Shown here: positions 5,885 to 10,226 of the stretch, in pieces
How positions within the stretch are numbered: position 1 is the first letter of the stretch
Layout of the letters: each line of letters starts with the position of its first letter
Virus record (IMG/VR): IMGVR_UViG_2690316311_000004
Coordinates: 1 to 10,226 of that record
DNA: 10,226 nt
Source of the DNA: a virus
Lineage: Duplodnaviria; Heunggongvirae; Uroviricota; Caudoviricetes
Direction: 5' to 3' (one strand)
Notes under the pieces: model-generated
Seen by the model: the letters and a program-made list of their open reading frames with translations, nothing else
Told to the model about the DNA's origin: nothing
Database searches by the model: none
Translations under genes and position numbers: made by a program

Positions 5885-6085
5885 ATGGAAATCATTACAC
5901 GTATTGATGCCGCAAAGCGCGGACTTAAACGCTACTACACCGGAAAACCATGTAAGCATGGACATGACAGTGAACGCTGGGTTTACAACGGACACTGTGT
6001 TGAGTGCACCATGGAATCAAACCGTCGCATCAGGGCAGAGATTAAGCAGATCATGATTAATTCCTCCCCACAACACTCAAGCTGA
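5885..6085 (+). CDS. Small Cys/His-cluster (zinc-ribbon-like) hypothetical protein in the cII-like position
   Basis: Product MEIITRIDAAKRGLKRYYTGKPCKHGHDSERWVYNGHCVECTMESNRRIRAEIKQIMINSSPQHSS has C-x-H-G-H ... H-C-x-E-C spacing suggestive of metal binding. Start ambiguous: ATG 5885 (weak SD), ATG 5849, or the ORF-track TTG at 5822. Confidence 0.5.
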   Translation: MEIITRIDAAKRGLKRYYTGKPCKHGHDSERWVYNGHCVECTMESNRRIRAEIKQIMINSSPQHSS

Positions 6086-6100
6086 TAGCGGAGATTAATC

Positions 6101-6934
6101 ATGAGCAGACATGCAACAGATTGGGCCTGGGAGACAGATCCAGGTAGCTCATCATTAAAGCTCATACTGCTCTCGATGGCTGACAGAGCCGATGAATATA
6201 ACCTCTGCTACCCCAGCATAGAACGCCTCGTTAAAGACACTTGCCTGAATAAAAAAACCGTGCAGGCCGGGCTTATATCGCTCATGAAAATGGGGCTTAT
6301 TTCAGATACCGGAGAGAGAAAGGGAGCGACGAAAAGAGTGCGGGTTTTCTCTCTTAATATAACCAAAAACGGGAACATTAAAGGCAACCGGGAAGGGGGT
6401 AATGAACCCGAAAACGGTAATGTTACCGAAAACGGTAATGTTACCGAAAACGGGAATATACCCAAAAACGGGATGTTGAATGATCCCAAAAACGGGATGT
6501 TGAATGATCCCAAAAACGGGATCCAGAACCAGTCATATAACCAGTCATTTAACCAAGAGAGGGAGAGCAGGACAAAAAGCGGGGATTCTGTGCCTCATGA
6601 CCCCGGCGCAAACAACGCCGTGATGAATAACTTTGTTCCTCCTGGTGGGCCAGGGCAATTAGGCAAATTTGTCATGCATGAACAATGGCAACCATCAGAT
6701 GACTTTCTTCGGAAAAGCTCATTGCAGGGGATCTACCTGGACAGTCTGCCAACGGCACAGGAACTTGCAGAGTTCAGAATTTACTGGATGGCTGAGGGTA
6801 AGGCATACCATCAGGCGCAGTGGGAGCAGAAGCTGGCAAGGCGGCTGCAGATTAGCAGACAGAAGCAATCAACATTACCTGATAACAACGTTCCGCACTG
6901 GAACAGCCCTGAAGCATGGGAGGATTTCTTGTGA
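6101..6934 (+). CDS. Replication initiator (O-like): N-terminal winged-helix replication HTH domain, iteron-encoded linker, C-terminal DnaT-like domain
   Basis: 277-aa ORF with GGAG SD 8 nt upstream. N-terminus WAWETD...SSLKLILLSMADRADEYNLCYPSIERLVKDTCLNKKTVQAGLISLMKMGLIS is replication-initiator HTH-like. C-terminus GKFVMHEQWQPSDDFLRKSSL...ELAEFRIYWMAEGKAYHQAQWEQKLARRLQISR closely parallels E. coli DnaT (GKFAMYPDWQPDADFIRL...[29 protein letters not shown], recalled). Stop overlaps the P start (GTGA). Confidence 0.85.
   Translation: MSRHATDWAWETDPGSSSLKLILLSMADRADEYNLCYPSIERLVKDTCLNKKTVQAGLISLMKMGLISDTGERKGATKRVRVFSLNITKNGNIKGNREGGNEPENGNVTENGNVTENGNIPKNGMLNDPKNGMLNDPKNGIQNQSYNQSFNQERESRTKSGDSVPHDPGANNAVMNNFVPPGGPGQLGKFVMHEQWQPSDDFLRKSSLQGIYLDSLPTAQELAEFRIYWMAEGKAYHQAQWEQKLARRLQISRQKQSTLPDNNVPHWNSPEAWEDFL
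6361..6552. repeat. Origin-like iteron array inside the O-like gene
   Basis: Seven copies of a CC(C/G)AAAACGG(G) core at 6363-6373, 6407-6417, 6426-6435, 6444-6454, 6461-6472, 6485-6496 and 6509-6520, with 18-bp then 24-bp periodicity. Several are palindromic (ATCCCaaaaacGGGAT, GTTACCgaaaacGGTAA), resembling lambda ori iterons (TCCCTCAAAACGAGGGA, recalled). Followed by a tandem 12-mer CCAGTCAT(A/T)TAA x2 at 6529-6552. Confidence 0.7.
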
Positions 6935-7716
6935 ACAACGTTTTTACCGCAATACAAAACCGTGACGGAGAAGCTCTTTCTCGCATGTCAGGTTATGAGC
7001 ATCAGTACGTCAACAATGACAACGTAGTGAACATGTCAGCAGAGAGGCTTGTTGATGCCCTTTTCAAACAGTTGAAACAACTGTTTCCGGCGGCAGTGGT
7101 AACCAACCTGAAGACGCCAGAGCAGGAAGTTGCTGCAAAACAGCAGTGGATTGCTGCGTTTGCCGAAGGGGGGATCCGAACCCGTGAACAGGTTTCTGCT
7201 GGTATGCGCCACGCCCGCGCCAGTGATTCTCCGTTCTGGCCGTCGCCAGGGCAATTCATCAAGTGGTGCAAAGACAGCAAGATGGTTCTTGGCGTCACCA
7301 TTGACGATGTGATGACGGAGTTTCACCGGTACAGCAAGGAAAAAAGTTTATATCCTGGTGGTCCCGAAAGATTCCCGTGGCGGCATCCGGTTATGTACTG
7401 GGTCGTATGTGATACCCGCCGTGCAATGTATCAGCGCCAGCTTAGCGAGATAGAGGTTGAGAAACACGCGCGCAGGCTGCTCGATGATTGGGCGAAAAAG
7501 GTGGCTTCCGGACAGCAGATACCCGATCCGGTGATCAGCATACAGGCAAAGCCAGAACCCATGAGTACGCCTCCGGACACAGGGAGAGACGTTTACCATC
7601 CACCAGGGCGAAGTTTCGGGTGCATGCCTAACGCCGCCACCCTTGGGGGAATAACACCGGCGCAGTGGCTGATGGAGGAATACAGGCGAGGAAAGGCGGA
7701 AGGATTTATCAAGTAA
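6931..7716 (+). CDS. Replication protein P homologue (DnaB helicase loader), lambda P family
   Basis: From GTG 6931 (GGAGGA SD 6 nt upstream) the product VNNVFTAIQNRDGEA... aligns with lambda P MKNIAAQMVNFDREQ...; QQWIAAFAEGGIRTREQVSAGMRHARASDSPFWPSPGQFIKWCKD matches lambda P RQWVLAFRENGITTMEQVNAGMRVARRQNRPFLPSPGQFVAWCRE (recalled). The ORF-track ATG at 6916 is the alternative start. Confidence 0.9.
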   Translation: MNNVFTAIQNRDGEALSRMSGYEHQYVNNDNVVNMSAERLVDALFKQLKQLFPAAVVTNLKTPEQEVAAKQQWIAAFAEGGIRTREQVSAGMRHARASDSPFWPSPGQFIKWCKDSKMVLGVTIDDVMTEFHRYSKEKSLYPGGPERFPWRHPVMYWVVCDTRRAMYQRQLSEIEVEKHARRLLDDWAKKVASGQQIPDPVISIQAKPEPMSTPPDTGRDVYHPPGRSFGCMPNAATLGGITPAQWLMEEYRRGKAEGFIK

Positions 7717-7721
7717 TACCA

Positions 7722-7741
7722 GCGCGATAGCGCATTTTTTT
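7722..7741 (+). terminator. Weak tR2-like terminator after P
   Basis: GCGC-gata-GCGC followed by ATTTTTTT, 6 nt after the P stop. The stem is only 4 bp, so confidence is low. Confidence 0.35.
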
Positions 7742-7753
7742 ACGTTTCGATAA

Positions 7754-7768
7754 TTACCTGTTAGGTAA
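7754..7768. promoter_or_regulatory. Operator-like palindrome TTACCT-gtt-AGGTAA (copy 5 of 6; perfect, extends to ATTACCTGTTAGGTAAT)
   Basis: Visible; upstream of the candidate promoter -35 at 7788. Confidence 0.6.
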
Positions 7769-7787
7769 TAAAATATTCTAAAATCTA

Positions 7788-7816
7788 TTGATTTCGTGTC
7801 TTATGTGGTTTTTAAT
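7788..7816 (+). promoter_or_regulatory. Candidate sigma70 promoter for the DUF1064/Ea22 block (-35 TTGATT 7788-7793, 17-bp spacer, -10 TTTAAT 7811-7816)
   Basis: Hexamers read by eye; flanked by operator copies 5 (upstream) and 6 (overlapping the -10 and start region). Confidence 0.45.
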
Positions 7817-7830
7817 TACCTCAGGGGTAA
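7816..7830. promoter_or_regulatory. Operator-like palindrome TTACCT-cag-GGGTAA (copy 6 of 6)
   Basis: Visible; ends 3 nt before the ATG at 7834 and overlaps the proposed -10. Confidence 0.55.
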
Positions 7831-7833
7831 ATC

Positions 7834-8178
7834 ATGAGAAAACAGATACAGGCTCTTGGTCGACTCAAAACAGGCCAGATGAACAAAACAGAATCTGCGT
7901 ATTGCCAGCACCTTGAGCTGCGTAAACGTGCAGGAGAAATCGTCTGGTATCGATTTGAGGGTATCAAGCTTCGGTTAGCTGACAACACGTTCTATACGCC
8001 CGATTTTGCTGTGATGCTCGCCACCGGCGAGATGGAACTGCACGAAGTGAAAGGTTTCTGGACCGACGACGCCAGGGTGAAAACCAAAGTCGCCGCAGAT
8101 CAGTATCCGTTCCGAATCATCGGGGTAACGGTTAAACCAAAGAAAGCAGGTGGTGGCTGGAATATCGAAGAGTTCTGA
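7834..8178 (+). CDS. DUF1064-like phage protein (putative nuclease-fold protein)
   Basis: 114-aa ORF with AGGGG SD 6 nt upstream. YTPDF...ELHEVKGFWT resembles the D...E-x-K-type core I associate with the phage DUF1064 family; assignment from memory. Confidence 0.65.
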   Translation: MRKQIQALGRLKTGQMNKTESAYCQHLELRKRAGEIVWYRFEGIKLRLADNTFYTPDFAVMLATGEMELHEVKGFWTDDARVKTKVAADQYPFRIIGVTVKPKKAGGGWNIEEF

Positions 8179-8239
8179 ATCGACGATCTTTTTAGTTATC
8201 AATGTAATCAATAAGTTATGTGGATAAGCGAGGGTAAAG

Positions 8240-8872
8240 ATGGAAAGTAATATCAAAGGGTTAGTTGCCGCCGGGCATGAGATGGCTTCGGAACTGAAAG
8301 CAGAATGTGGTGCCGTTGATATGCGCAGTGTGGCAAAGCTGATCAGCGATTTGGCAACGCAACTGGAAGTGCAACTGGTGCGTGCTAATGCGCTGGCCGA
8401 AGACCAGCAGAAAGCGATTGAGTCAATTAAGCAGGCTGATTCGGCTGTTAAGTTGGCACACGAGAAGTTTTCGGCGCTGGCGGCGGAGAATGCGGGGCTG
8501 AAACATGCAATGGCTGTAACTCTTGAGCATGTGTCGGTCACGGATGCAGGTCAGGCCGGAGTTGCTGCAATGATTATCAACGATGCCCTGCACCACAGCG
8601 AAACTCCAGCCACCGATGCTTTTCTGGCTGAAATTCGTGCGGCGGCTCGCAACGAGGGGATTAACTATACCGCAAGCCGTCTTGCTGCTGCTTTCAACCA
8701 CGGATTTATCAATAAGTCTTTACGTGAAGTTTTCGACGTTACGCGCATGATTCTGTCAGCGAAAGAAGAGTTGGCTAATGAACCGCACCCGATTGATGGC
8801 CTGTCCGGTGAATATGCGGAGAAATCCCTTGAAGAATGGGCGGAACAGATTCGCAAAGGAGCTGACAAGTGA
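8240..8872 (+). CDS. Ea22-like (ead/Ea22-like family, tentative) phage protein, paralogue A
   Basis: 210-aa ORF with a coiled-coil-like middle (ALAAENAGLK) and a C-terminal domain (ETPATDAFLAEIRAAARNEGINYTASRLAAAFNHGFI...RMILSAKEE) shared with the ORF at 9288..10073. The family name is a tentative recollection. Confidence 0.6.
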   Translation: MESNIKGLVAAGHEMASELKAECGAVDMRSVAKLISDLATQLEVQLVRANALAEDQQKAIESIKQADSAVKLAHEKFSALAAENAGLKHAMAVTLEHVSVTDAGQAGVAAMIINDALHHSETPATDAFLAEIRAAARNEGINYTASRLAAAFNHGFINKSLREVFDVTRMILSAKEELANEPHPIDGLSGEYAEKSLEEWAEQIRKGADK

Positions 8873-9279
8873 AGAGGATGATTTTTGTGGCGGCATTGCT
8901 GACCATTACCCAACAGGCGCAGGCTTCAGCAGTTATTGTGGCATCTACCGCCGCGACCACGGCTGCTGTAGCTGCTGCGAACTCTGCGAATATCGCAAAC
9001 CAACAGTCACAGCGTGCTGCCAATGCATCAGCCAGTGTTCACCCAATCGCCATTAAGGCCAGCAAGAAAAATATAGGTTTCATAACATGCGGCAAACGTT
9101 CTGACGAGGCTGTAGGTTCACTTGGATGTACGGTATATGGGGATAGTGAGAGTAGAGAAATTCCATGGAAAACGTGGCCCGGATATGTTCTCGGATCGAA
9201 GCTCACTGCCAGCTATGAAGTAAACGCCGTATCGTTTGATCACTATAACGGCGTGGCAACGGTCTATTTTGCATATTGA
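8869..9279 (+). CDS. Small secreted/periplasmic protein with Sec-type signal peptide; function unknown
   Basis: GTG at 8869 overlaps the upstream stop (GTGA), with AAGGAG 7 nt upstream. N-terminus MKRMIFVAALLTITQQAQA has n-region KR, an 11-residue hydrophobic core and an AQA-S cleavage-like site, followed by an Ala/Thr/Ser-rich linker and a ~70-aa C-terminal domain with two Cys. Confidence 0.6.
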   Translation: MKRMIFVAALLTITQQAQASAVIVASTAATTAAVAAANSANIANQQSQRAANASASVHPIAIKASKKNIGFITCGKRSDEAVGSLGCTVYGDSESREIPWKTWPGYVLGSKLTASYEVNAVSFDHYNGVATVYFAY

Positions 9280-9287
9280 GGCTCCGC

Positions 9288-10073
9288 ATGAAATTCTCCA
9301 AATTTTCTGAGTTGGTGAATCGTATTTTGTCCAACAACCACAGCCATCGTCGCGATATGGATGTAACGATCGTTGTTCATTCGCCTGGCAGCATTGGTTC
9401 AACACCCTCAGTTGAGGTTCAGTCAATTCACGCTGGTTTTGATTGGGATTCCGGGAAAGTGCTGATTTTCCCAGCACAGCCACTGACTACGCTAACACCA
9501 GAACAGATTACTGATATTACTGATAGTGTGCGCAAAGGTCAGTCCTGGCACGCATATCAGGAATATAAGAAGCATAAAGAGCAGTTGGAAAAATTATCGA
9601 TTGAACTTGATACCGCAAAACAGCGCATTGCAGAGCTGGAGGGTAATCGCGCGGCGCTGGCTGCGGAGAATGCGAGACTGAAGGCGATATGTGAGGATCG
9701 CCGCACGTTCATTATGAATGGCGTGCAGCTTGGTTTTATCAAAGTGCCAACAGTGGAAATAGATCCAGCTCTTGAAACAATTCGTATCGCCCTATCACCA
9801 CAAAAAACCACTCCTGCGACCGACACTTTCCTGGATGAAGTGAAGACTGAAGCACGCAAGGAGGGCGCTTACTTTGTGGCGAACAGAATGCTGGCTGCTT
9901 GGGAAGCTGGTTTTATTGATGATACTGCGAAGAACGCCGCGGATATTGCCCGGATGATTCTTACCTCTACTGAGTTTATGGCTAATGCGCGGGAAGGCGA
10001 TTTTGACCGCTCATTCTCTGATGGCGTTCTCGAAGATATCGCTGACCAGCTTCGAAAAGGAGGCAAACAGTGA
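9288..10073 (+). CDS. Ea22-like (tentative) phage protein, paralogue B
   Basis: ATG at 9288 with GAGG 6 nt upstream (the ORF track uses TTG at 9276). Coiled-coil IAELEGNRAALAAENARLK and C-terminal TTPATDTFLDEVKTEARKEGAYFVANRMLAAWEAGFI...RMILTSTEF parallel paralogue A. Confidence 0.6.
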   Translation: MKFSKFSELVNRILSNNHSHRRDMDVTIVVHSPGSIGSTPSVEVQSIHAGFDWDSGKVLIFPAQPLTTLTPEQITDITDSVRKGQSWHAYQEYKKHKEQLEKLSIELDTAKQRIAELEGNRAALAAENARLKAICEDRRTFIMNGVQLGFIKVPTVEIDPALETIRIALSPQKTTPATDTFLDEVKTEARKEGAYFVANRMLAAWEAGFIDDTAKNAADIARMILTSTEFMANAREGDFDRSFSDGVLEDIADQLRKGGKQ

Positions 10074-10226
10074 GCAAGATTGACTATCAGGCACTGCGCG
10101 AGGCGGCAGAAGCAATAAAAGTCGTGGCAACGCCGCAAAAATTGCTTGCGTTTCGTATGAAAGTCACACCGCAGGTTGTGCTGGTGCTGCTGGATGAACT
10201 AGAAGCTAAAAACAAACGCATTACAG
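10070..10226 (+). CDS. Partial ORF (5' end only), hypothetical phage protein
   Basis: GTG at 10070 overlaps the upstream stop (GTGA), with AGGAGG 6 nt upstream. Reads MSKIDYQALREAAEAIKVVATPQKLLAFRMKVTPQVVLVLLDELEAKNKRIT... with no stop before the window end. Confidence 0.45.
   Translation, partial: MSKIDYQALREAAEAIKVVATPQKLLAFRMKVTPQVVLVLLDELEAKNKRIT

Noticed and set aside
6422-6457. TTACC-gaaaac-GGTAA palindromes resembling the operator motif inside the O-like gene
   Set aside because: The spacer is 6 bp rather than 5 between the TTACC/GGTAA cores, and these are part of the 18-bp iteron periodicity. Treated as origin iterons, not immunity operators.
5983-6965. ORFs 5983..6165(-), 6208..6513(-) and 6669..6965(+)
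   Set aside because: Antisense or off-frame within the O-like initiator gene; 6208..6513 is an artefact of the iteron repeats (repetitive FNIPFLGS translation).
7002-7599. ORFs 7002..7301(-), 7036..7326(-), 7130..7312(+) and 7348..7599(-)
   Set aside because: Inside and antisense or off-frame to the P homologue, which is supported by strong similarity to lambda P.
7975-9023. ORFs 7975..8541(-), 8423..8701(-), 8665..8913(-), 8775..9023(-) and 8778..9056(+)
   Set aside because: Antisense or off-frame to the DUF1064, Ea22-like and signal-peptide genes, which form a coupled plus-strand series with SDs.
9118-10138. Minus-strand ORFs 9118..9483, 9557..9859 and 9869..10138
   Set aside because: Antisense to Ea22-like paralogue B and to the partial plus-strand ORF at 10070, which has an AGGAGG SD and GTGA coupling.
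1-10226. CRISPR arrays, tRNA/rRNA genes, transposase/IS elements and Chi sites (GCTGGTGG)
   Set aside because: No regularly spaced repeat-spacer array, no tRNA-like cloverleaf region, no transposase-like ORF or terminal inverted repeats, and only near-matches to Chi (for example CCTGGTGG at about 6641 and 7361).

Overview
This window reads as the immunity/early region of a lambdoid prophage of the Enterobacteriaceae type; all calls are from reading the sequence and recalled family signatures, with no searches run. A leftward (minus-strand) early operon runs from about 4611 to 866: a small kil-position ORF, a hypothetical protein, an exonuclease VIII-like nuclease, a Bet/RecT-type annealing protein, an AlpA-like regulator, a hypothetical protein, an MT-A70-type adenine methyltransferase and a small basic protein, mostly joined by overlapping stop/start codons. 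An AntA-type antirepressor gene starts at 541 and runs off the left edge. A repressor with two HTH domains and no recognisable peptidase domain (4765..5349, minus) is divergent from a Cro-like gene (5504..5734), followed by a Cys/His small ORF, an O-like initiator with a DnaT-like C-terminus and embedded origin-like iterons, and a lambda P homologue. Downstream lie a DUF1064-like gene, two paralogous Ea22-like genes flanking a signal-peptide protein, and a partial ORF at the right edge. The most striking signal is a 15-bp palindrome (TTACCY-N3-RGGTAA) present six times, only in intergenic DNA, marking three separate control regions. I cannot confirm any genuinely new system; the candidates worth follow-up are the operator network with the extra control region downstream of P, the repeat structure upstream of the antirepressor, the methyltransferase cassette with a frame-setting 10-bp tandem repeat, and the secreted protein between the Ea22-like paralogs. 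No tRNA, rRNA, CRISPR array or transposase was seen.
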